DNA of 64,000 nucleotides from a virus. The notes beneath the pieces were generated by a model. The model was given only the letters and a program-made list of their open reading frames with translations, was not told the origin of the DNA and did not search any database. How positions within the stretch are numbered: the stretch's first letter is position 1; every line of letters starts with the position of its first letter. This document shows, in pieces, positions 46,518 through 55,458 of the stretch. Location: positions 33,915 through 97,914 of the IMG/VR virus record IMGVR_UViG_3300042090_000890; one strand, written 5' to 3'. The position numbers were made by a program, and so were the translations under genes.

Positions 46518-48275
46518 ATGACCAACGACAATTCCGACTCGCAATTGAAAGGAATTACTTCAGGCGGCGCGAACGGCCTTTCTCAGCACCAATCCGAAGA
46601 TACTCTAGGCGGATCAACCATTTCCGGTGCTGGCTCTCGGAACCCGAACGACCAAATCGATCGACATCGTTTATTCCCCGGTGGAATGCTTTCGTCTCCT
46701 TGGCAAGCCTTCGTCAGAAATGGCTTCCGGCGACCAGTAGCGAAAGCAGAATACAGCACAGATCAGGCTCCTAGCAAGGCGCCCGGAGGCGCGCCGAAGA
46801 TGCAAGGTTTGGGCACCGTAAAGATCAAGGAAACGCCGAAGCCGCAAGGTTATGGCAAGGTCACCGTGAAAGAGCCGCCGAAGCCGCAAGGTTTCGGTCG
46901 CGTGATCCAAAAAGCTCTGCCGAAAGGGTTCAAAGTCGGCATTTCGCCGAAAGACGCCAAAGCGCCGGAAAATCCGGAAATTCATCACGAAGAAACGCAC
47001 GTGGCCGGTGTTGAGATTCCACACACGCTGAGAGAACACCTCAAGGCCGGAAATGTCATTCCGTACGATCACCAACTCCGAGATGAAGCTGCCGAATTTG
47101 TGACCAACGTATGGCGTAAGAATCCACACGACGGCAAGCGCATGTCATCGAGATTACTTGGAGTTACTGAAGACGACGCTCCCGCGAAGCCTGGCAAGGC
47201 GACTGTCAAAGACGAGATGTCAATCAAAAAAGACGGCGAGGCTGGCACTGCCAAGCCGTTGGCACCGCGTTTTCCTTCGAAAGAGCAGGGCGACGCTATC
47301 CAACGTGAGCTATCCGGCGGCCTTCCAAATAAAGAAGGTTGGGCCAACGTTCGACAGGAACTCGGTGCGCTTGTCGGCCTTAACAAAGATGAGAAGCCGC
47401 CTGCGCCGCCGAAGCCAAAACTGGCACCGCCGCCTGACAGCCCGCATGCTCAGCGTCCTAACCAGCGCCAGCGTGTGAAAGACGTCAAGGCAAATCTGAT
47501 GGAACAGATCGCTGCTGATCCGTCCAAATCGAAAGTCTCGCTCAGCACGACCAATTCGAAGCTCGCGAAAGACGGTATCGCATCGTTCAATCTTGTACCG
47601 ATCGAGACCTGCCCCGGCGCCGGTTCATGCGCGAAGTATTGCTATGCAGACACTGGATCATTCCTTCGCTTTTGGAAGACGACAATGCCGCCGCGAGTCG
47701 CAAACTGGCTTGCCTCGCAGAAGCCAGATTTCGTCGAGAAGATGAATGCCATGTTCGGCGACGTAAAAAAGAAAGGCAAGATCAAAGCAATCCGTGTTCA
47801 CGACTCAGGCGACTTCTACTCTCCTGACTACATAAAGAAATGGACTGAAATTGCTCGATCGAATCCGGAGTTGATGTTCTACGCGTATACGAAGAGCCAT
47901 CACCCAAATCTGCGCCAACATCTCAATGAACTTGAGAAGCTGCCAAACTTCAACGTCGTACAATCTATGGGTTCTAAATACGACCATCTTATCGATCCAT
48001 CGAAGCCGCACGCAGTTGTATTTCCTGATGAAGCCTCAATGAAGAAAGCTGGCTACGCCGACGCAATGGAATCAGACTTGGCCGCAGCGAATAAGAACAA
48101 TCGCAAAGTCGGTTTGTATATCCATGGCCAATATGACAAGTCGTACCCCGGTCTCGAAGAACATCTGAAAGGAAATCCTCGTATTATGCAGGAAGTTATG
48201 GAAGCTCTTAAAGGCGGCCCGATCAAGAAAACGGAGTCAAAAGGTCTTCGTAGGTTGATCAAGAGTAAAGCCTAA
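46518..48275 (+). CDS. Modular protein with C-terminal gp88-like (Cys-cluster) domain
   Basis: NSKL, TCPGAGSCAKYCYA, IRVHDSGDFYS, FYAYTK. Confidence 0.7.
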   Translation: MTNDNSDSQLKGITSGGANGLSQHQSEDTLGGSTISGAGSRNPNDQIDRHRLFPGGMLSSPWQAFVRNGFRRPVAKAEYSTDQAPSKAPGGAPKMQGLGTVKIKETPKPQGYGKVTVKEPPKPQGFGRVIQKALPKGFKVGISPKDAKAPENPEIHHEETHVAGVEIPHTLREHLKAGNVIPYDHQLRDEAAEFVTNVWRKNPHDGKRMSSRLLGVTEDDAPAKPGKATVKDEMSIKKDGEAGTAKPLAPRFPSKEQGDAIQRELSGGLPNKEGWANVRQELGALVGLNKDEKPPAPPKPKLAPPPDSPHAQRPNQRQRVKDVKANLMEQIAADPSKSKVSLSTTNSKLAKDGIASFNLVPIETCPGAGSCAKYCYADTGSFLRFWKTTMPPRVANWLASQKPDFVEKMNAMFGDVKKKGKIKAIRVHDSGDFYSPDYIKKWTEIARSNPELMFYAYTKSHHPNLRQHLNELEKLPNFNVVQSMGSKYDHLIDPSKPHAVVFPDEASMKKAGYADAMESDLAAANKNNRKVGLYIHGQYDKSYPGLEEHLKGNPRIMQEVMEALKGGPIKKTESKGLRRLIKSKA

Positions 48276-48279
48276 TCTG
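48271..48279 (+). promoter_or_regulatory. Putative late promoter variant CCTAATCTG
   Basis: 1 mismatch; its TAA is the upstream stop. Confidence 0.55.
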
Positions 48280-48315
48280 TATGTAAGTCTCGGTTATCTC
48301 TAGGAGAGGTGAAGG

Positions 48316-49572
48316 GTGAATCAAAAATCTGCACTTGAACAAGCGAAGGAACTCTTGAAAGCCGCTAAGGACAATCCGCAGCAATTTCAAGAACTTACGA
48401 AGGCAAGACCTTCCAAACCGAAGAAGGTTATTCCGGATGATATGAATCAACGGAAGGCGATGCTCCGAGACGGCAAGATCACGAAGGAAGAATACGCTCA
48501 GCCGGTCGGCGGCCAGATTTCTGGCGAGTCCACCACTGGCGGTTATCCTTCTGAGGAAGCGAAGAAGCAAGAAATCTCCGGCGATAAGCCAGGTGCTGGC
48601 TACCCTTCCGACAAGATGAAAAAAGACACGATGAATCCTGCCGGTGAAGCGCAAGGCGGCCAATGTGGCCCCGACAATTCAAAAGGCGGATATCCTTCGG
48701 AGCAAATGAAAAAAGACGCGATGGGCATGCAGCCGCAAAAGCCCGGAGCCGCTCCAGCTGCCAAACCGGCACCGATGCCGCAGCCCGTCAAGAAAGATGA
48801 CAAGCCGCATCCAGCTGGTAGCCCTCCCGCTCAAGCCCATAATGTGGCCGAAGGCGATGAGTCACTTCATCATGCAATGAAGATTTTGGACACGCCCGAC
48901 AAGCAGAAGTCGATGCTCGCACATCTTCGCACGCTCCATGAGCCGTCGCAACAGCGTTCTCCGGCAAACCGTCAAGCAGGCGGCATGCCTCCGCAGAAAC
49001 CGAATGCTGCTCCGCAAAGACCGCCGATGCAGAAAGCTGATATGCCCGGAACCTCCACCGCTGGTGCAGGCGCCGCAGGTGTGCCTCTGGCGATGACCGA
49101 AGCTCTGAAACATGCCAAGGAATTGCTCAAGGCAGCCAAAGATGACCCGAAGCGTTTTGCTGAACTGCGCAAGATGTCTTCCGTCGCTGGTTTGGCCACT
49201 TCTGAAAAGAAGACTGCCAAGACAAGCGAGATGAGCCTCGCGATGGCTGAAACGCAGCCGAATCCGAATCCGATGTCTGCAGAGCAGATCAGCCCGTCCA
49301 CTGGCGTAAAAACCGGCGGTGCGAAGGACCCCAACTCCGCTACCCAGCCTAAGACAGCAGAGCAGATCAGTCCGTCTACCAGCGTGAAGCCGGGCGGCGC
49401 GAAAGATCCGAATTCTGCCACTCAGCCGATGACCGCAGAGCAGATCAATGCTTCCTCGACCAAGAAAGGCGAGATGAGCACCAAAAAGTGCGGCACGATG
49501 ATGAGCAAGGATGAGATCAAGGAAGACTTGAAACAGGACTGGAAACCGAAACACTGGAAAAAGGACTGCTAA
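48316..49572 (+). CDS. Low-complexity internal head/scaffold-like protein
   Basis: Duplicated AKELLKAAKD, three GYPS units, repeated MKKD/VKKD/MQKA sites. Confidence 0.6.
   Translation: MNQKSALEQAKELLKAAKDNPQQFQELTKARPSKPKKVIPDDMNQRKAMLRDGKITKEEYAQPVGGQISGESTTGGYPSEEAKKQEISGDKPGAGYPSDKMKKDTMNPAGEAQGGQCGPDNSKGGYPSEQMKKDAMGMQPQKPGAAPAAKPAPMPQPVKKDDKPHPAGSPPAQAHNVAEGDESLHHAMKILDTPDKQKSMLAHLRTLHEPSQQRSPANRQAGGMPPQKPNAAPQRPPMQKADMPGTSTAGAGAAGVPLAMTEALKHAKELLKAAKDDPKRFAELRKMSSVAGLATSEKKTAKTSEMSLAMAETQPNPNPMSAEQISPSTGVKTGGAKDPNSATQPKTAEQISPSTSVKPGGAKDPNSATQPMTAEQINASSTKKGEMSTKKCGTMMSKDEIKEDLKQDWKPKHWKKDC
49279..49449 (+). repeat. 78-nt coding tandem repeat (AEQISPST.VK.GGAKDPNSATQP), ~2.2 copies
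   Basis: Units start at 49279, 49357 and 49435. Confidence 0.8.
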
Positions 49573-49573
49573 C

Positions 49574-49852
49574 ATGAACAAGCCGAAAGAAGAGAAGAAA
49601 GAGTTCACGATCGTTGAGCCGAAGTCTGACAAGCCTGCGGTGCAGGTCTCTCGGCAGCGTCCTCAGTCGAATGCACGCCCACAGGCACCATCGGTACCGA
49701 TCACGTTTGACGCCTGGTGGTTACGTACTCAGAACAAATATAAGTTCAAGCCGGAACTGAAAAAGGCCGTTCAAAGGCACTTTGAAGCCAGAGGGTTCAC
49801 GGACTACACAAAGTTCGACGCTGGCTTGAGAGATTTCGGATTTAGAACCTAA
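49574..49852 (+). CDS. Hypothetical protein
   Basis: Small ORF directly before sheath. Confidence 0.6.
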   Translation: MNKPKEEKKEFTIVEPKSDKPAVQVSRQRPQSNARPQAPSVPITFDAWWLRTQNKYKFKPELKKAVQRHFEARGFTDYTKFDAGLRDFGFRT

Positions 49853-49856
49853 TCTT
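49848..49856 (+). promoter_or_regulatory. Putative late promoter motif CCTAATCTT
   Basis: Exact copy upstream of tail sheath. Confidence 0.7.
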
Positions 49857-49881
49857 TGTCAGTAGTTTGGAGGTATTTTAA

Positions 49882-52656
49882 ATGGCTCAGTCGTATACTA
49901 CCACAGATGGCGTAACGCTTATCGATCCTGGCACAGTCGTTTCTTTGACTGTTCAGGCCGGTAATTCGGGTACCGCTACCGCTGGCGTTGTTACAATCAT
50001 CGGTGAAGCTGATCAAGGGCCTGGTTTCTTGGATGAAGCTGATCTCAGCCTCAACCAATTTACTCCGACACAACTCGGTCAAGTTGTCGCCAAATACGGA
50101 ACAGGCCGTATCGTTGATGCGTTCAACGAACTGATCAAAGCTGCCAACGACCCGAATATCATAGGCAACGTGACGGCAGTGAACATCGTGAAAACGAACA
50201 TGTCCTCGGCTGCTCAAGGCGCTCTCGCTATGCGTTATCAGAATGCTCCGAAGTACGCTTCGGGCGTTGCTGACCAACCAGGCGCGAACGGAAACTTGAT
50301 TCAGTATCAATCCACCATCGCGGTAGCAGAAGTTGCTCCATCGACTGGCCTTATCGATTATGCTCCGGCAATCTCCGGTACTGTTCTGTTTGGAATTCGC
50401 GTTAACGGCGGACCGCTGTCTAACGTGACTGTTACGGCCAAGGAAGCCCCCTCCGCGCTCGTATCTGCCATCCAGAACATTCCCAACGGCATCCTCGCAA
50501 CCGGCGGTCTTGAGCTGTTGCCGATCCCGGCCTCTGGCCTGACGATCAGCGCAGCTCCTGTTTCGGCATCCATCCTGTTGGTCACCTTGCAAGTTGGCTC
50601 GACTTGGGCCAACGAACCGCAAGCTGGCGACGTCGCTGTGATCCCTCTTTCCGGCGATTACGGCGCAGGCCAGTTGTCTGCCATCGCTGGCGCAGGTAAC
50701 GCCAACGCCGGTACGTACATCGTTCAGTCGGTTACGAACACGGCCTCGACCGCTACTATGACTCTTCAGAGAATCTCAACGGCTGGTGCTCTGATATCGG
50801 CTTCCGGTACGACGCACTCCGACATGACCGACTTGATTCTGTTTACCCAGATCGAGATCCAGAATATCTCCGGCGACGATCGCAACGTTGCAACCGGCGT
50901 GTTCGGCACGTACAACGTGTCGCTCAACAACGGATCGCAGGTACAGATCACTGCTCCGGCTCCGTGGAACGTGATTCCGCAGCCAGGTGACATCCTCAAG
51001 ATCCCGACCATGTTGAGCACGATCAATCCCGGCTTTTATCAAGTCACGGCTGGAACAGCCACGACTTTAACGGCCACGATCTTGTCGAACGGTTCGAGCG
51101 GTTCCGGTACCGGTACTTTCATGTACACTTCCGGCGCAGAACCGTTCCAGTTACTCGCACAGGTTCTGTCTGGCACCGGCAAAACACTTTCTTTCGAAGG
51201 AAACGTCAGCACCATCTTCTTGAACGCTCAAGGTACCGACGCCGGTCTGTCTAACAGCCGACTCGTGTCCGCAGCTGAAGAGGAAATGGAACTGACCATT
51301 CTGCAAGGTACGAAGTCAAGCTCGTACACGGCAGGCGGCGACATCATCCTCGAAGTCGGTTACGAAGGAAACCTCGGCCAAGTTGTAATCAGCTCGACCG
51401 GCATCTCCTTCAACGTGAACTCGATCCCGCAGTTTACTGCAGCATTCTCGCAGTTCCCGACGGTTTCGCAGCTCGCGGCTTTCATCAATTCTCAGACCGG
51501 TTGGTCAGCTGACGTACCGTCGGCTCGGTTCAACAATCAATCTCCCTCGCAACTCGACGAAGGCACGTATAACGCCTCTTCAACGTTGCCTGACGTCCAG
51601 AACGCTCGTATCAAGATGGATGCGTACGAGTGGGAAACGGCTGTCAACGGCGGGTCCTTGATCACTTGGACTGTTCTCCGACCCGGTTTGCCGGAAGCAA
51701 CTCCGAACTTCCAGTTCTTGTCCGGCGGCGCAAAAGGCGGTACGTCTTCGGCAGCTTTCACGGCTGCGATCGATGCTACCATGAAGCTCTCTACGAACTT
51801 CATCGTTCCGCTGGTCTCTCAAGACGCTTCCAAAGACATCTTGGCAGGTCTGACTGATCCGTCTTCGACTTACACGGTCGACGCGGTCAACAGCTACTTG
51901 CTCGAAAACGTTATCTTGATGAGCGGTCTGACGCAGAAATCGAATCGCATCGCGATCGGTTCTGTCCAAGATACGTTCGCAAATTGCGTCGAAGAAGCCG
52001 GTACACTCGGATCGTATCGCTTCGGTCTGGCCTTCCAGCCGGTTCAGTGCTTCAGCTACTCGCAGAACTCGAATCAGCTCTTCCAGCCTTGGATGAGCGC
52101 AATCGTGGCTGCAGGTATGTCGGCAGCTGCCGGTTACAAAGGCATCGTCAAGAAGTTCGCGAATGTGTCCGGACTCGGAACCGTCAGCGGTTTCGACTCG
52201 ACAGATCCTGGAAACCGCATCTCGGCTCTGCAAGCTGGGTTGCTGTTCATGGAAAAGGTCAACACGGGCGGTATTCGTTGGAACTCCGACCAAACGACTT
52301 ACAACATCGACAACAACTTCGTGTACAACTCGCTGCAAGCCGTCTACATTACGGATCTTATCGCTCTCACGCTCATCGATCAGTACGATCGTCAAGCGGC
52401 GGGCAAATCCGTTGCAGACCTTACCGCGACGCTGGCTCTCAGCATGTTGGATGCGCAGATGTTCAACTTCTTACGGCTCAAGTGGATCGCAAAGTCCGAC
52501 GATGCTCCGAAGGGTTACAAGAACGCTACCGCAGACATCGAAGGACCTGCTTTGATCATCTCGTGCGAAATCAAAGTCGCTGGTTTGATCTACTTCATCC
52601 CGATCTCGATGTTGGCAAGCCAAGTGACCCAGACGGCAACGCAGACAGCGACCTAA
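49882..52656 (+). CDS. Contractile tail sheath protein
   Basis: LIDPG, IIGEADQG, FLSGG..G, ALQAGLL, DQTTY, FIPI C-terminal pattern; followed by tube gene. Confidence 0.85.
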   Translation: MAQSYTTTDGVTLIDPGTVVSLTVQAGNSGTATAGVVTIIGEADQGPGFLDEADLSLNQFTPTQLGQVVAKYGTGRIVDAFNELIKAANDPNIIGNVTAVNIVKTNMSSAAQGALAMRYQNAPKYASGVADQPGANGNLIQYQSTIAVAEVAPSTGLIDYAPAISGTVLFGIRVNGGPLSNVTVTAKEAPSALVSAIQNIPNGILATGGLELLPIPASGLTISAAPVSASILLVTLQVGSTWANEPQAGDVAVIPLSGDYGAGQLSAIAGAGNANAGTYIVQSVTNTASTATMTLQRISTAGALISASGTTHSDMTDLILFTQIEIQNISGDDRNVATGVFGTYNVSLNNGSQVQITAPAPWNVIPQPGDILKIPTMLSTINPGFYQVTAGTATTLTATILSNGSSGSGTGTFMYTSGAEPFQLLAQVLSGTGKTLSFEGNVSTIFLNAQGTDAGLSNSRLVSAAEEEMELTILQGTKSSSYTAGGDIILEVGYEGNLGQVVISSTGISFNVNSIPQFTAAFSQFPTVSQLAAFINSQTGWSADVPSARFNNQSPSQLDEGTYNASSTLPDVQNARIKMDAYEWETAVNGGSLITWTVLRPGLPEATPNFQFLSGGAKGGTSSAAFTAAIDATMKLSTNFIVPLVSQDASKDILAGLTDPSSTYTVDAVNSYLLENVILMSGLTQKSNRIAIGSVQDTFANCVEEAGTLGSYRFGLAFQPVQCFSYSQNSNQLFQPWMSAIVAAGMSAAAGYKGIVKKFANVSGLGTVSGFDSTDPGNRISALQAGLLFMEKVNTGGIRWNSDQTTYNIDNNFVYNSLQAVYITDLIALTLIDQYDRQAAGKSVADLTATLALSMLDAQMFNFLRLKWIAKSDDAPKGYKNATADIEGPALIISCEIKVAGLIYFIPISMLASQVTQTATQTAT

Positions 52657-52668
52657 TAGGAGAACGAT

Positions 52669-53145
52669 ATGGCAGTTTCAAGAATTTTTACAGGTGCGAG
52701 AGCCAAAGTCCAGATTGGAAACAATCTTGTGGGCCTGTTCTCGCAATGTACGTGGAGCATTCGCCAAGGTAAAGACCCGGCGTTCATCCTCGGTCGATAC
52801 AACCCCGGTGAAATCGTTCCGACTACGCAAGAAGCCGTTCAGATGTCTCTGTCTGGCTACCGTGTGATCGGGGCCGGTCCGTATGCGGTTGCTAACGCAA
52901 CGCTTCTCAAGAATTTGTTGCTCGAAGACGACTTCACCGTAGCTGTGATCGATCGTCAGACGAACTCGACTATCTTTCTCGCTTCAGGCTGCCGTGTTCA
53001 AGGCTGGTCTTCCGGCGCTGCCGCTCGCGGCATCTCGGACGTCCGGATTGACGTGATCGGTATCAGAGGCGAAGACGAATACGGTATCGCACAAGGTGGA
53101 GACGACGACACTAACTCCGCAGCGAATATCACCGACGGCACCTAA
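52669..53145 (+). CDS. Tail tube protein
   Basis: FTGARAKV...ILGRYNPGEI; size and position. Confidence 0.75.
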   Translation: MAVSRIFTGARAKVQIGNNLVGLFSQCTWSIRQGKDPAFILGRYNPGEIVPTTQEAVQMSLSGYRVIGAGPYAVANATLLKNLLLEDDFTVAVIDRQTNSTIFLASGCRVQGWSSGAAARGISDVRIDVIGIRGEDEYGIAQGGDDDTNSAANITDGT

Positions 53146-53474
53146 ATCATACTGGCGCCTAAAAAGTCCCGCAATTCTTTCTCGAATGTTGAGCTGGTTG
53201 TCGTTCCGATAACTGGCTCTGTCATATAACCGAAAGCCCGGTACACTTCCAATATCGAATGATCGCCCGTCACCGGCAGGACTCCGCCGTTCGGCCCGCG
53301 TATGACCTTGACTATTCCGGCTTTGTTCAGAGCGGAAACGATCTGATGAAGGAAGTTCGCACTGTTGCCTAGCTTCGCAGCCATATCTTCGACGCGACGC
53401 GGAGCAACGCCTTCAGCTTCCTTCAGGAAACTGATAAGATCCACGGCTAAGCGGACCCTTTCGGGCATCTTCAT
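53142..53474 (-). CDS. Rrf2-family transcriptional regulator (short, no Cys)
   Basis: SANFLHQIVSALNKAGIV..IRGPNGG winged-helix signature. Confidence 0.8.
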   Translation of the reverse strand: MKMPERVRLAVDLISFLKEAEGVAPRRVEDMAAKLGNSANFLHQIVSALNKAGIVKVIRGPNGGVLPVTGDHSILEVYRAFGYMTEPVIGTTTSSTFEKELRDFLGASMI

Positions 53475-53475
53475 T

Positions 53476-53925
53476 TTATCCCTGTTCTGGTCCGTATGCA
53501 GGCGCGCCGAAGTTCTTTTCGAAGAATCCTTTGACCTTCGACAGAAGAGACGGCCTATACGGTTGCGCGATTGCCTCGTTCAAATCAGCGACCATGTCGA
53601 GAGCGATGTTTTCTTGGATACCTTCCAGGTCGACCAACACTGAGCCTGGCTGGAGTGCCGAACCGAGCGTTTCGTTAGGTCCGTATTGCAGAAAATGCAT
53701 GTTGATCGCGTAGTCCAGACGCTTCTTGGACATGTACGGCGAGTCTTTGCGGACACGTCGGCGGAAGTTCCGTTTCATAACCGCGTAGTCGGCGGAAGCC
53801 ATGAAGACGTGCTGCGGGTAAGCCCGCTTCGTCTCGTCGGAAACTGCTCCGAATTTTTTCAGAAAGTCTTCCGGCGCCTTATTCAAGTCCGTTTTACGGA
53901 GTTTTAGAACTGTCAGCCTGGTCAT
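53476..53925 (-). CDS. Hypothetical protein
   Basis: AAGGAG SD before ATG 53925. Confidence 0.6.
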   Translation of the reverse strand: MTRLTVLKLRKTDLNKAPEDFLKKFGAVSDETKRAYPQHVFMASADYAVMKRNFRRRVRKDSPYMSKKRLDYAINMHFLQYGPNETLGSALQPGSVLVDLEGIQENIALDMVADLNEAIAQPYRPSLLSKVKGFFEKNFGAPAYGPEQG

Positions 53926-54499
53926 TTTCGTCTCCTTTAGTTGACTCTTCCGGTGTACTATACAACCAGGATTTGCAATCGGCAAGTGTTTTCTGCAAGG
54001 CCTCTTTGTCGTTGACCTTTCTGTTAAGGCCAGACGGATGCGGCAGTTCAAAACATGGCATACCGATCTTGCCGAGAGCCCAGACAGCCATCTTGCCGAG
54101 CGCGATCACCTTCGGCATAGGCAAGGATTTGAGCTTTTCGATGTGAGCTTCCATCTCTTCTTTCGGCATAGGCGTGAAGGCCTCTTCGAGACGCCCGGCG
54201 GCCTGCATCTTTGCCATCATCACTTTGGTAGCGTCCGGCTGGCCTATATTCATTTCGAGCGCTTTGAGTAGCAGTCCGAGGTTGAAGTCCCGTACGTTGA
54301 CGTCTTTCTTTTTGACTTCCGACGCTTTCTTAGTCACTTCGTCGGTCACATTTACGTACCCGCACTGGGCAGGCAATAGTCCAAGCGTTGCGACCCATTC
54401 TCGAATTGTCTTGTGCGACTTCGTGCCGACGAACGGTTCCACCGTGGTATTGTGCGGCGATGGGTTGCAGCCGACGAATATGACTTTCAAATCGCTCAC
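53894..54499 (-). CDS. Uracil-DNA glycosylase superfamily protein
   Basis: VIFVGCNPS, PFVG, VIALG, LPHPSGLNR. Confidence 0.75.
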   Translation of the reverse strand: MSDLKVIFVGCNPSPHNTTVEPFVGTKSHKTIREWVATLGLLPAQCGYVNVTDEVTKKASEVKKKDVNVRDFNLGLLLKALEMNIGQPDATKVMMAKMQAAGRLEEAFTPMPKEEMEAHIEKLKSLPMPKVIALGKMAVWALGKIGMPCFELPHPSGLNRKVNDKEALQKTLADCKSWLYSTPEESTKGDENDQADSSKTP

Positions 54500-54744
54500 G
54501 AATTCCTCACCTTGATCAGCCATTCCTTCAGATCGAACAAGTTCCGGATTTTGACGGCATGCCTATTCAATCTCTTGTCACCATTTATCATGGAAGCGAC
54601 TTCTAAGTCAAACGCCTTGCACTGGCGGATCATCATGGCCTTCGTGTCTGGATAAGCCTTCGGATCATCGTGCGTTTTACGACAATGGGCGATCACCGAA
54701 ATCTTGTATTCTATCTCAAAGATCGTCGAGTGGAGTTGAGTCAT
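54496..54744 (-). CDS. Hypothetical protein
   Basis: Coupled ORF with SD. Confidence 0.55.
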   Translation of the reverse strand: MTQLHSTIFEIEYKISVIAHCRKTHDDPKAYPDTKAMMIRQCKAFDLEVASMINGDKRLNRHAVKIRNLFDLKEWLIKVRNS

Positions 54745-54943
54745 CCGGTTCCTCTTTCACCTTCTTGAGTTCGAACTGCGGCTCGATGCCCTGCGATTTG
54801 AGAAACAGTGCCAGTCCGGAAACGATGAGATATGCCTGGGCCTCCTTCGGGTCGTCCGGGAGATGTTTCGTCTCATGGAAGGTTCGTATGCCTCCGTCGA
54901 CGATCTTGCGCAGCTCGGTGTGGGTGATCACGAATTTACTCAC
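54716..54943 (-). CDS. Hypothetical protein
   Basis: Probable GTG start at 54943. Confidence 0.5.
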   Translation of the reverse strand: MSKFVITHTELRKIVDGGIRTFHETKHLPDDPKEAQAYLIVSGLALFLKSQGIEPQFELKKVKEEPDDSTPLDDL

Positions 54944-55340
54944 CTGACGCACCGCAGTACAAGTATTGGCCTGGGTCTTCGTCCAGCGACGGTCGACACG
55001 ACCGGCAGTAGAGCCCGCGTTCCGGCGGCAAGTCGGCGTCACACTCGCGGCAGTGCAGCTTGCGCGGAATAATCGATTTGTGGAAGGTGCCCGATTCGAT
55101 GAGTCGCTTGGCTTCAGCAGCCGTTACCAGCTTGACCGGCGGCAGCTCCACCTTCGGTGCATCCGGCGGAATCTCGACTCGTTTGAAATGGATCGACTCG
55201 ATCGGTTCTGACAGCTTCTGGGCCTTCTGGCCGAAGCCGCCCGGAAGAGCGTCGATAGTGACTACCCGCTCAACCACCTCGTCGTAGTGCTCCGGTATCG
55301 GCTCGATTACCGGCGCCGCAAACATGGATCGGTCGCTCAT
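54936..55340 (-). CDS. Hypothetical Zn-finger protein
   Basis: CREC...CRSC; GGAGG SD. Confidence 0.6.
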   Translation of the reverse strand: MSDRSMFAAPVIEPIPEHYDEVVERVVTIDALPGGFGQKAQKLSEPIESIHFKRVEIPPDAPKVELPPVKLVTAAEAKRLIESGTFHKSIIPRKLHCRECDADLPPERGLYCRSCRPSLDEDPGQYLYCGASGE

Positions 55341-55357
55341 AAAACCTCCAAAAGAAA

Positions 55358-55453
55358 GGCGGGTGGTGGGTTCATCCCACGATCAGCTATTACGCTGGAC
55401 TAGCCGCGATGAGGGGGATCATCGCAGCCGCCATAGATTCTGGCACACCCGCC
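55358..55453 (-). ncRNA. Cloverleaf (tRNA-like) structured RNA
   Basis: 8-bp closing stem GGCGGGTG/CACCCGCC enclosing four hairpins; fills an intergenic gap. Confidence 0.55.
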
Positions 55454-55458
55454 AAAAA

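Noticed and set aside
49279-49449. Regularly spaced repeats as a possible CRISPR array
   Set aside because: These are in-frame coding tandem repeats with no unique spacers, and no cas genes are present.
52652-52660. CCTAATAGG before the tube gene as a late promoter
   Set aside because: It has three mismatches and is explained by the stop codon followed by the SD.
55358-55453. Canonical tRNA, including a CCCC frameshift-suppressor tRNA-Gly or tRNA-Sec
   Set aside because: It lacks the TTC T-loop, a 7-nt anticodon loop and CCA, so it is kept only as a tRNA-like RNA.
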